From: a virus
Direction: 5' to 3' (one strand)
IMG/VR virus record: IMGVR_UViG_3300045988_117550
Span: 1 to 42,276 of that record
Length of the DNA: 42,276 nt
A model generated the notes under the pieces. The model was given only the letters and a program-made list of their open reading frames with translations, ran no database searches and was not told where the DNA came from. Shown one piece after another: positions 29,181 to 36,940 of the stretch (positions within the stretch are counted from its first letter, which is position 1; the number at the start of each line of letters is the position of its first letter). A program made the position numbers and the translations under genes.

Positions 29181-30209
29181 CTATTTTATATAAACCAGTC
29201 TTAGCCCCTTGCCCCCCCCGTTCGCACTAAGGGATACGCTTTTGCCACGAACAGAATAAACACGATTAGCCTGTGATTTACTATTGCCGACATTCCCTAT
29301 ACGCTCGGGGGTATCAAATAGCAAATTGTTATATTCCCACGAGTTAGCCGTCATTGTTGGGGCTTTGTCTGTGTGGATTCCGCCCTTATTTTTGCCTCTT
29401 GGTAATTGAAACATTACCATAGCGTCTTTATCTACTGATGTAAGGCTATGAGCTTTACCGTCGTGTTTGATTTCTGGGCGTGATACTCGAGGAATGCCCT
29501 CCGTTTTCTTACGTGGCCACGTTCTAATAGCACGCGGTATTGGCTCTAAGACTCCCGTTTGTCTTTGGTTTCCAAAACCTTTATAATCTCGGGCCATTAA
29601 ACTAGAGCTTTTTTGCAAAACCGCACATAGCCTTTTGCCATATTTCTCTGTACTAATACCTGTTCCACTTTCTATTACATCTCGTAGAAAAATTTTCTTG
29701 TCGTTCGGTTGTGTTACCCAAATATTAGTCCAATAATACCTTTTACGTTGTTGGGCTGACATTAGTGCGGAATTTATCATAATAGGCTCAACGCCTAATA
29801 TTTCGCTTATCTTATCCCTGTCGCAATCTCTCATACTTGCTACATTTTCAAGTAAAAAGTATTTTGGTTTAGCCTTTTCAAGAATTTTTACATAAGTCCA
29901 AAACAGTCCGCTACGTTCGCCCTCTAGCCCTTTTCTATCCTGTTTTGCTATACTCAAATCTTGGCATGGACTTCCGCCGATAAGTAGATCTATTGAATCC
30001 CATGAAAAACCGTCTATAAACTCCCACATGTCGTAGTTGTTTACGTCCCCTAGCTCAATAGCATTGGGGTAATTCTTGTTTCCAATTTTTCTAGCGTATT
30101 TGTCAATTTCGCTACAAAAATACTTATCGTAAGTTATCCCCGCTCTTTCAAGAGCAATAGCACCGCAACGCATACCGTCAAAGAGGCTCAACACATTTCT
30201 TATTTGCAT
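29181..30209 (-). CDS. DNA cytosine-5 methyltransferase.
   Basis: LFDGMRCG (motif I), GGSPCQDLS (motif IV), LLENV (motif VI). Confidence 0.85.
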   Translation of the reverse strand: MQIRNVLSLFDGMRCGAIALERAGITYDKYFCSEIDKYARKIGNKNYPNAIELGDVNNYDMWEFIDGFSWDSIDLLIGGSPCQDLSIAKQDRKGLEGERSGLFWTYVKILEKAKPKYFLLENVASMRDCDRDKISEILGVEPIMINSALMSAQQRKRYYWTNIWVTQPNDKKIFLRDVIESGTGISTEKYGKRLCAVLQKSSSLMARDYKGFGNQRQTGVLEPIPRAIRTWPRKKTEGIPRVSRPEIKHDGKAHSLTSVDKDAMVMFQLPRGKNKGGIHTDKAPTMTANSWEYNNLLFDTPERIGNVGNSKSQANRVYSVRGKSVSLSANGGGKGLRLVYIK

Positions 30210-30427
30210 TTTTCAGCCTCCTTAGTTTTGCTAATAACATCTAAAATCATTGTGTATCCTATGTTACCCGATTCAATTATAACTTTAGCATTTGTTAATA
30301 GTGAATATTCCGGGAATACCATAATCGGTCGTTTCACCATAGCGCCAACTATCATTTCAATTTCGTCAAGAGCTTTTTGTAACTTAAAACAATTCTTACA
30401 ATACTGTGTGCAATCCTCTTTAATCAT
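30200..30427 (-). CDS. Hypothetical small protein.
   Basis: ORF overlapping its neighbours. Confidence 0.3.
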   Translation of the reverse strand: MIKEDCTQYCKNCFKLQKALDEIEMIVGAMVKRPIMVFPEYSLLTNAKVIIESGNIGYTMILDVISKTKEAEKCK

Positions 30428-30905
30428 TGTTTACCTCCTGTGCTTGTAGTAAAAAATGTAGTCTTGCTAGTGCATTCCACGCAACATGACCCGCGTGTAA
30501 TAATTCACTCTCACTATCGACTCCGGGGCCGTCGCTTTCTGCCATTAAATGCCTTACCATAGCGTTACTGTACCTGTTAAAACCGTTCTCTACGCATTTC
30601 CAGTTGCCTTTTGAATATTTATCAGCCCCAAAAGCCCATATTTTTGCTACATATTCCAACGGTATTGAAAAGTCTTGTATCATTTCCGCAACTCTCGGCT
30701 TACCCTCGTCTAGCTTAGTGCCGATATGAGCGCCGAAGTCCGCAAGGCTACAGGTTTCCCCTGCTATATCGTCTGTTAATTTTTTTGAAAGTTCTGCGTA
30801 ATCTTCACCTATTGTCATTGTTTTTTGCTCCTTATCCATATTACTAACGAAATCAAGTACACTATCAATGAGATCGTATAAACTCGGTTCTCCCGGCCAC
30901 GGCAT
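30420..30905 (-). CDS. Hypothetical protein, possibly a nucleotide pyrophosphohydrolase-like fold.
   Basis: ORF. The function is not supported from the sequence. Confidence 0.4.
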   Translation of the reverse strand: MPWPGEPSLYDLIDSVLDFVSNMDKEQKTMTIGEDYAELSKKLTDDIAGETCSLADFGAHIGTKLDEGKPRVAEMIQDFSIPLEYVAKIWAFGADKYSKGNWKCVENGFNRYSNAMVRHLMAESDGPGVDSESELLHAGHVAWNALARLHFLLQAQEVNND

Positions 30906-30906
30906 T

Positions 30907-31434
30907 TTATACCCTCCCTTTAAATGCTACCGTACCAAATGGGCGTGTCATATCCCAAAGCACCTTAGTCCCTTGTATATATGTTCCGTTCCCAAATATT
31001 GCTATCATAATTTTTTGACTCGGTTTAATCTCTTCTAGCTCTTGACCTGGTACAATAAAACCGACTTTGCCCGGCAAGAACGCAAACAGACAATTTTTAT
31101 TCTTCAAAATGTATTCTTGGTAATACTTAGTTTCTAATCTATCCGCCGGTAGAACAGAATATACCACCGCCCCCTTATTAGCCTCCTCAACGGCTTTTTG
31201 CACCCAAAATTTTGTAAACTTAAATGGCGGGTTCATAAAGCAATAACCGTGCCAGTTTTCTATTAAGCCATTATGCTTACCGTCTATGTAATGCCATAAC
31301 GCCGGTATATTCTTTTCGCTACAACAAACGTCTAAATGAAATTGCTTTATCCCCGCTAATTGTAATAACGGTTTATATAAGTCAGCTGGAGTCTTATAGT
31401 CCTGTCGCTCCGCTCTGTAATCCTTTTGTGCCAT
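30907..31434 (-). CDS. DNA N6-adenine methyltransferase (phage Dam_N6 type).
   Basis: YKTP...LD..C....W...MNPPF pattern. Confidence 0.8.
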   Translation of the reverse strand: MAQKDYRAERQDYKTPADLYKPLLQLAGIKQFHLDVCCSEKNIPALWHYIDGKHNGLIENWHGYCFMNPPFKFTKFWVQKAVEEANKGAVVYSVLPADRLETKYYQEYILKNKNCLFAFLPGKVGFIVPGQELEEIKPSQKIMIAIFGNGTYIQGTKVLWDMTRPFGTVAFKGRV

Positions 31435-31559
31435 ATAGCGCCCTCCTTATTTTTGTGTTTCCTGTAAAAATTTTTATAGCAAAACGAAACGCCCACAACG
31501 GTTCTTTAAAACTGTTGCGGACGCCCTCGCTCCGATATTATATAGAAAGTGTGGTTTGA

Positions 31560-31991
31560 CTAATCGTCTTCAAAATTAAAATCTTGTAAATCTTCGAGTA
31601 ATTGAACTAACGGCTCTATGTAATACCTGTTTAAGTATTCCCATTTGTCAACATCTGGCGGGGAACTTTCAAAACGGTTAATATAATCTATTTTATTTAA
31701 AAACTGTTCTAGCGGTTCATAATCTGGGAAGCTTTCGCCGCTAATAAGATTCTTATATTTTGCGTATTGGCTAACCTCTTGCGGCATGTTCCCGTTCCAT
31801 TTGCTCTGTTTTTCAACCTGTACCGAAAAATTGCTATCGCGTTCTACTTCTTGAATTAGTCCCAAAATAACCGCGTTTGTGTTGTTGTCCCCGTCCTCAA
31901 AAAGTTTTTCCCATTCTCGGCCCGTGCATAATGAGTTTTTAACTCTAAAAATTGCCTCTTCAATCATTCCTTTTTGCTTTTTTGTAGTCAT
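31560..31991 (-). CDS. Hypothetical acidic protein.
   Basis: ORF. Confidence 0.4.
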   Translation of the reverse strand: MTTKKQKGMIEEAIFRVKNSLCTGREWEKLFEDGDNNTNAVILGLIQEVERDSNFSVQVEKQSKWNGNMPQEVSQYAKYKNLISGESFPDYEPLEQFLNKIDYINRFESSPPDVDKWEYLNRYYIEPLVQLLEDLQDFNFEDD

Positions 31992-32134
31992 TATAAAATA
32001 CCCTCTTCAATACATATTTGTAAATTCATGTAATCGTCTTGTATTTGTTTTAGCTCGTTTCTAGCATTTGCATAACTTACGCATTGGCACCCGATAACTA
32101 TTAATAAAATTAAAATAAAAAAATTCTTTTGCAT
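31991..32134 (-). CDS. Unlisted 47-aa lipoprotein-like ORF: MQKNFFILILLIVIGCQCVSYANARNELKQIQDDYMNLQICIEEGIL.
   Basis: Hand-translated. Lipobox VIGC. TAATG overlap with the next gene. Motif copy 7 lies 30 nt upstream. Confidence 0.4.
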   Translation of the reverse strand: MQKNFFILILLIVIGCQCVSYANARNELKQIQDDYMNLQICIEEGIL

Positions 32135-32161
32135 GTGGCGTTCCTCTTTCGTTTTTCTTTT

Positions 32162-32175
32162 GTATGTTCGACAAT
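32162..32175 (-). promoter_or_regulatory. Conserved motif (ATTGTCGAACATAC on the minus strand), copy 7.
   Basis: Motif match. Confidence 0.45.
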
Positions 32176-32178
32176 TTT

Positions 32179-32400
32179 CTAATGTTTATATACGCTATTG
32201 TAAAGCTCTTGTATTTGCTTTTGCGAAAAATTCCACGTATCTCGTAAATACTCTTCAAGTGCATATTCTCCGTAGAATGTTTTAGTTATCCATTCCCCAT
32301 AAGCTACACAGCTAAGATAATATTTATCTTTTGCGCTGTCGTAATCAAGTGTAAATTCCTTAGTGCTAAATTCACTTTTTACTTCCATAATTTTTTCCAT
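32179..32400 (-). CDS. Hypothetical 73-aa protein. The start is revised to 32400 (MEKIMEV...); the ORF-track start at 32472 reads through an upstream hairpin.
   Basis: SD gaggaacgacATG. A terminator hairpin lies inside the longer ORF. Confidence 0.4.
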   Translation of the reverse strand: MEKIMEVKSEFSTKEFTLDYDSAKDKYYLSCVAYGEWITKTFYGEYALEEYLRDTWNFSQKQIQELYNSVYKH

Positions 32401-32432
32401 GTCGTTCCTCACTTTCATTTTTATAAACCGGA

Positions 32433-32454
32433 CCGGGGCGGGGAACTGCCCCGG
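32433..32454 (-). terminator. Hairpin ccggggc...gccccgg with a U-rich tail on the minus strand. Intra-operon terminator or attenuator.
   Basis: Inverted repeat read from the sequence. Confidence 0.4.
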
Positions 32455-32488
32455 TTTCGTCTTAATTCTCAAAGACTCATCAGCGGTT

Positions 32489-32638
32489 TTATATTTCCGT
32501 TTCGTCTATCAAATCAACTCTTTTAACGTCGCATTCTATTAAAAAATCAAAATCATTTTGTAATACTTTTGTAATGTCTTCCGCGTCTGTTTTGCTTTCG
32601 TCAATGTCAATATACATTCTTATTTCAAGTCTTTTCAT
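32489..32638 (-). CDS. Unlisted 49-aa acidic ORF (MKRLEIRMYIDIDESKTDAEDITKVLQNDFDFLIECDVKRVDLIDETEI).
   Basis: Hand-translated. Stop and start spacing with the upstream gene. Confidence 0.3.
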   Translation of the reverse strand: MKRLEIRMYIDIDESKTDAEDITKVLQNDFDFLIECDVKRVDLIDETEI

Positions 32639-32639
32639 G

Positions 32640-33275
32640 TTATGCCTCTTTCATTTTCTTATAATTTTCTTTTGCATTCTCAACGCCTAGTAAATACATG
32701 CTTTTAAATTTATGTAACAAATCAGTATTTGGAAATTCTATTTGTAAATTCCCATTTTTATATGCTTTTACTTTGCACCCTAAAAATATAAATGTTTGGC
32801 CGATAGCTTTATATAATTTTGTGCTTAGTTCGTTTGACATAAAATCACCGTTTACTAAATACGCTAGTGCGTCTAATACCTTAAAAGTGTAACTGGTACA
32901 CCCCTTAGTATAACAAAACTTATTATTCATAAATTCATATTTGGGCGTATTGTCCCATGGGGTGTGTCGGGTTATAGCGTTAAAATAATCCTGTAAATCT
33001 AATTTTCTTAGGCTTTCCGCGTATTGTTCCGGCGTCTTTTGGTCTTCCTTGCTAACGAAATAATTTAAATCATATCGGCGGGCTAATTCGTATAATGCGC
33101 AAATCGCTTTATCATCAACGGCCCAATTTTCGGGGACTCTAATATCTACATATAAAATATCGTCTTTTTTATCCCCGCCTAAATCATAGGGCTTATAAAC
33201 TTCTTGTAGTCTATTAACAAGATTTAATGTTTCTTTGTATCTATTCATAATGTTATTTATCTTATTTTCAAACAT
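32640..33275 (-). CDS. Hypothetical early protein (211 aa).
   Basis: ORF. Confidence 0.45.
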   Translation of the reverse strand: MFENKINNIMNRYKETLNLVNRLQEVYKPYDLGGDKKDDILYVDIRVPENWAVDDKAICALYELARRYDLNYFVSKEDQKTPEQYAESLRKLDLQDYFNAITRHTPWDNTPKYEFMNNKFCYTKGCTSYTFKVLDALAYLVNGDFMSNELSTKLYKAIGQTFIFLGCKVKAYKNGNLQIEFPNTDLLHKFKSMYLLGVENAKENYKKMKEA

Positions 33276-33294
33276 TTTTTAAAATCCTTTCCGG

Positions 33295-33321
33295 CCCCGT
33301 AAGGGGTGGGGCCTACGCCCC
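33295..33321 (-). terminator. Two tandem GC hairpins (cccc-gtaa-gggg and ggggc-ctac-gcccc) after the DnaJ-domain gene.
   Basis: Inverted repeats. Confidence 0.35.
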
Positions 33322-33323
33322 GT

Positions 33324-34040
33324 TTATGCTATTGTTTGATATTTTTCTTGCCATAGATTCAATGTTTTTTGTTGATAATCTTTTGAAGTTTTTTTCATTG
33401 AAATTTGTTTAACTTCTGGAATTGCTGCGGGTTCGTCGCTTTCGCTTGCTCTAGTTTGTTCAGAATTAAAAACGCTATAACCCTTATAATAAACTTTTGT
33501 TTTTTGTGGTTCGTCGCTTTCGTCGTCTTCTTTTTGCTTACTGAAAATAGCTAAAGTTAAATAAGTTGATTTTTCGCCCTTTTTAACTGAATTTTTAGCG
33601 GTTTTGTATTGAGCAAAAGTTGACCATAAGCAAGAAGTATAATCGTTTTCAAGTCTTTTTATTTCAAGTGTCCAGATATTCCAGCCGCTAAAATTATGTT
33701 TTGTTAGTGGGTTGCGGTGATTAGCCGGTTTTAAACCATTTTCCCAATATAAAGCAAATAGGGCGCCCTCTTGGAATACGTATTTTTTAGCCTCTTTTAA
33801 TAATTCTTTTTTGCGTGCTAACTCTTCCGGGCTTTCGTTCAAATCAACATTAACGTAATTAGAAAATGCTTTATAATTTACATCAATATTTTTTATAGCT
33901 TTTTCTAGTTGGTTGTGTATTTCCTTTAAAATTTCGTTACCCTTTTCGCCGTAAATGTCCGGGTGATACTTCTTTACAAGTTGCTTGTAAGTTGCTTTTA
34001 AATCTTCTGAAGATTTACAATTTTGAAAATAGTTTGTCAT
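33324..34040 (-). CDS. J-domain (DnaJ-like) protein with an unknown C-terminal domain.
   Basis: LKATYKQLVKKYHPD, containing the HPD motif. Confidence 0.75.
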   Translation of the reverse strand: MTNYFQNCKSSEDLKATYKQLVKKYHPDIYGEKGNEILKEIHNQLEKAIKNIDVNYKAFSNYVNVDLNESPEELARKKELLKEAKKYVFQEGALFALYWENGLKPANHRNPLTKHNFSGWNIWTLEIKRLENDYTSCLWSTFAQYKTAKNSVKKGEKSTYLTLAIFSKQKEDDESDEPQKTKVYYKGYSVFNSEQTRASESDEPAAIPEVKQISMKKTSKDYQQKTLNLWQEKYQTIA

Positions 34041-34058
34041 GTCGTCCTCACTTTCTTT

Positions 34059-34232
34059 TTATTTGTTTTTGTAATAACTGATATTTAAAATATTTTCTTT
34101 TTTACTGAAATTTATAATACATTCCCGGAGGAAGTCCGCCGCGTTTATATCCGTTCGGCCCGTTGGCGTTACTATGGAAATATTAAAGCGGTCTATTTGT
34201 TTAATTAGCTTTTTTAAATTAGTTTTTTGCAT
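34059..34232 (-). CDS. Unlisted 57-aa ORF at the 5' end of the leftward early transcript. Possibly spurious.
   Basis: Hand-translated. No SD. The ATG lies inside motif copy 8. Confidence 0.2.
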   Translation of the reverse strand: MQKTNLKKLIKQIDRFNISIVTPTGRTDINAADFLRECIINFSKKENILNISYYKNK

Positions 34233-34240
34233 TCGACAAT
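34229..34240 (-). promoter_or_regulatory. Degenerate motif copy 8 (TTGTCGAATGC on the minus strand).
   Basis: Partial match. Confidence 0.3.
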
Positions 34241-34244
34241 TATT

Positions 34245-34269
34245 CCTTATGTTTACATTCTAAACGATA
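34245..34269. promoter_or_regulatory. Operator repeat 1 (acattctaaacgataccgtttaaaa; palindrome TAAACG-atac-CGTTTA). It sits in the spacer of a leftward sigma70-like promoter: TTGACT (34275-34270), 17 nt, TAGAAT (34252-34247).
   Basis: 25-bp exact direct repeat. Hexamers and spacing read from the sequence. Confidence 0.55.
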
Positions 34270-34316
34270 CCGTTTAAAAAGTCAAGTATATAGTTAAGAA
34301 TATCGTTACAAATCTT

Positions 34317-34345
34317 AATAATAATATTGACATTCTAAACGATAC
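34317..34345 (+). promoter_or_regulatory. Rightward sigma70-like promoter: TTGACA, 17 nt, TAAAAT. Operator repeat 2 (34320-34344) lies in its spacer. It drives the HTH regulator gene.
   Basis: Consensus hexamers with a 17-nt spacer. The repeat is exact. Confidence 0.55.
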
Positions 34346-34398
34346 CGTTTAAAATAAGTATTGTAAATGGGTATTTTTGCCCGGAAAGTGAGGACAAC

Positions 34399-34638
34399 AT
34401 GAAATCTATTACAAGCCCCGACAGAGCAAAGGAAATCGAAAACCAGCTACGCGGTGTTATTGCTGCTAGTGGGCTGAATGCTACACAATTAGCGGACTTA
34501 ATAACGCAAAAATGCGGGCGTCCGGAAAGTGTTCAAAGTTTTTCACAAAAACTTAAACGCGGTTCTATTAAATACGCGGAAGTTTTAGAAATCGCGGAAT
34601 TATTAAATTTTGAATTAGTATGGCACAAATTAAAATAA
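34399..34638 (+). CDS. XRE/Cro-CI-like HTH transcriptional regulator (79 aa).
   Basis: GLNATQLADLITQKCGRPESVQSFSQ HTH pattern. SD gtgaggacaacATG. Confidence 0.7.
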   Translation: MKSITSPDRAKEIENQLRGVIAASGLNATQLADLITQKCGRPESVQSFSQKLKRGSIKYAEVLEIAELLNFELVWHKLK

Positions 34639-34648
34639 TTATAAAACA

Positions 34649-34668
34649 CGCGGGGAATTGTCCCCGCG
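34649..34668. terminator. Bidirectional terminator cgcgggga-attg-tccccgcg.
   Basis: 8-bp perfect stem, T-rich on both sides. Confidence 0.7.
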
Positions 34669-34888
34669 GTTTGTTTAATGAGTCCGACAGTATATAAAAG
34701 TTAATATATTAAGTTTTCAATGTTCGGGCGGGAATTAGCTCGCCGTGTGCTTTTCTGCTACTTTGTGCATATTGTCCGCCCGATTAGTTATCGTTTATTA
34801 TCGTTTATTATCGTTGAATTTTAAAATATATTGCGTTAATATGTAAGTAACCACGAAAAGCGTATAAGGCGCATGCCTTTTCTCGTTT

Positions 34889-34902
34889 TTTGTGTTCGAC
34901 AA
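34889..34902 (-). promoter_or_regulatory. Conserved motif copy 9 (AAATTGTCGAACACAAAAAA on the minus strand), pointing into a 220-nt noncoding stretch.
   Basis: Motif match. Confidence 0.45.
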
Positions 34903-34993
34903 TTTTATTGTACGTCTGGCCCGCTGGGGCTTGGCGTACTTTTCTTTTTTGTTATGAATCTAAATAATAAAATAGCGCAAAGTCATATACAAA

Positions 34994-35075
34994 CGGATTA
35001 CAACCGATTATAAATAACTTTGCGCTTACTTCTTTTGTAATGTTTGCTATTGTTAGCCGGATTAAAACCGATTAC
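34994..35075. repeat. Four C(C/G)GATTA sites arranged as two pairs, 10-11 bp apart within each pair.
   Basis: Read from the sequence. Confidence 0.35.
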
Positions 35076-35237
35076 GCCAAACGCTAACAAACACGCAATT
35101 TATTTTATTATTCAATTTATAACACAAACATTATATAAAATGCGCGGTTTTATGTCAATACGCTTATGAACTTTTATAAACTTATATAAAGCATATTTAC
35201 AAGCGACGCGGCGGGGCATTTGAAACGATAAAAAAGT

Positions 35238-35390
35238 CCTTACCCTCTTACCCTTATAATTTTATTTTGTGGGTAAGACTAAAAGTAAGTATATATTACA
35301 TTTATTTATAAATCTTAATAATTAAATAATCTTACCTATGTATTGGGGTAAGAATGACTAAAAAGGTAAGATAAAAGGTAAGACTAAAAA
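35238..35390. repeat. Iteron cluster with seven GGTAAGA cores: four direct copies of GGTAAGA(C)TAAAAG and three inverted copies of TCTTACC. Candidate origin of replication.
   Basis: Read from the sequence. The flanks are AT-rich. Confidence 0.5.
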
Positions 35391-36049
35391 GCCCCTAAAA
35401 TCAGTATTTTATACTATAATCTTCCATATCTTACATATAATTATATTAAATATATTATAGTAATATGGTATTTTATGGAGTATATACAAATAATTTACTT
35501 TTTTTGTAAAAAAATTTTTTTGTGTTTTTTGGGGTGAGATGTGTAAGAGAATTTTTGAGGCTAAAAAGCGGGATATTTTTTATTTGATTTAAAATTTTAA
35601 ATCTTTGTAGCTGGTTTACTCAAAAAATAAAATTTGCTCTCGCGTGTTTGTAGTTTAAAAATTTTTTTGCCCTGATTTACTCCGATTTGTGAAAGTCTTA
35701 TTTTTATATATTATGTATATCTTATTTTATATATTGTTTTCGTGTTATCATGTAAGCGTCGGAAAGTTGCTAACGCTAAAAGGCGATTTAAGACACTTGA
35801 AACCTATTAAAATATATTTTTTGTACCCTCTCGGGCTTGTTACATAATTTTTATTATGCGTACATAACGAAACGATATAAATAAAAGCCATAAACCTTTC
35901 AGGGCTTGCCTTTTGCTTTTTATATCTATGATATGTATTTAATTATTAAATGGCTTGAAACTCAATAGCCGTAAGGCTTTACAAGTTTTTATGTTGATGT
36001 GCAAAAATAAAATGCATGAGCCTGCGCACTCTGACAGTTAAAAAATGCC

Positions 36050-36135
36050 GAAACGCGAGGGGGCCCCCTTACTTTTGGCCCCATAGCGACCCCGTGGCCC
36101 CGCGTCCCTCTGACGGGTGGGGACCCCTCTGTCTT
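36050..36135. other. GC-rich island with a GGGGGCCCCC palindrome and G4/C4 tracts, set within AT-rich noncoding DNA.
   Basis: Composition contrast and a 10-bp perfect palindrome. Confidence 0.4.
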
Positions 36136-36302
36136 TTAAGCCTCCACAATTTTTGAGGATAACTAGACTATGGACTTAATAAAAAAAATACCCACAGAAA
36201 ATTTTTAGATTTTATTGTTACGATAATAAACGCAACTCAAACAAACTTAAAAAAATATTGCGAATGAACTTAAAAAGTTGAATAATGAAAATAAAATACA
36301 AT

Positions 36303-36316
36303 TTGTCGAACACAAA
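36303..36316 (+). promoter_or_regulatory. Conserved motif TTGTCGAACACAAA, copy 3, upstream of the first + arm gene.
   Basis: Exact 14-mer. Confidence 0.5.
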
Positions 36317-36334
36317 AAATTAGGAGATCTCAAA

Positions 36335-36940
36335 ATGGCAAACGTAAAAAACAAAGGTGTAAAATACACCTTCGCGGGACAGTATTACACAGGCAACAAA
36401 GAACAATCAGAACAAGTGAAAGACTATGAATTACAAGTAGTTTTTCCGCAAGTGTTTCCAAACGCTTTATCAATTTTTAAAACAAGTCTTATTAAGCAAC
36501 ACGATAGCATTTATCAAATGATGAAAAAGAAATACCCGAACTTTAAAACTGTTAGAACCTACGCAGTTACTAACATTGAAGATTTAAACGGGACATCAGT
36601 AAACACCCATAATATTGCTACTATGAATACGAAACAACTTATTAAGTACATTGAAAATAATGAGTTGGAAATAGACGCAAAAGTTTATGAGGGCAATATT
36701 ACCGGACTTCGTAACGCTATTATTCTTGCAAAGGAAGAACCGGAAAAATTTAAGGAAGTTTACGCAGCTGACGTTCAACAGTACGAGTTCAATAAGCAAA
36801 TTAACGAATTGAACGACGTACAGGGTGAGGCGGACGGACAAGCCGAACAAACCGGCGAAGTTGAAAAAGACAATGGTACAGACGAAAACGAAAAAGATAT
36901 TGACGACTTACTAGGTGAGGCGGATAAAGTTGGGGAGTAA
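36335..36940 (+). CDS. Hypothetical protein with an acidic C-terminus. The start is revised to 36335, because the motif lies inside the longer ORF.
   Basis: SD aggagatctcaaaATG. Confidence 0.5.
   Translation: MANVKNKGVKYTFAGQYYTGNKEQSEQVKDYELQVVFPQVFPNALSIFKTSLIKQHDSIYQMMKKKYPNFKTVRTYAVTNIEDLNGTSVNTHNIATMNTKQLIKYIENNELEIDAKVYEGNITGLRNAIILAKEEPEKFKEVYAADVQQYEFNKQINELNDVQGEADGQAEQTGEVEKDNGTDENEKDIDDLLGEADKVGE

Noticed and set aside
34041-36334. Searched the large noncoding region for tRNAs and CRISPR repeats.
   Set aside because: No tRNA-like T-arm (GGTTCGAATCC-type) or cloverleaf was seen. The repeats present are short iterons without spacer-repeat periodicity.
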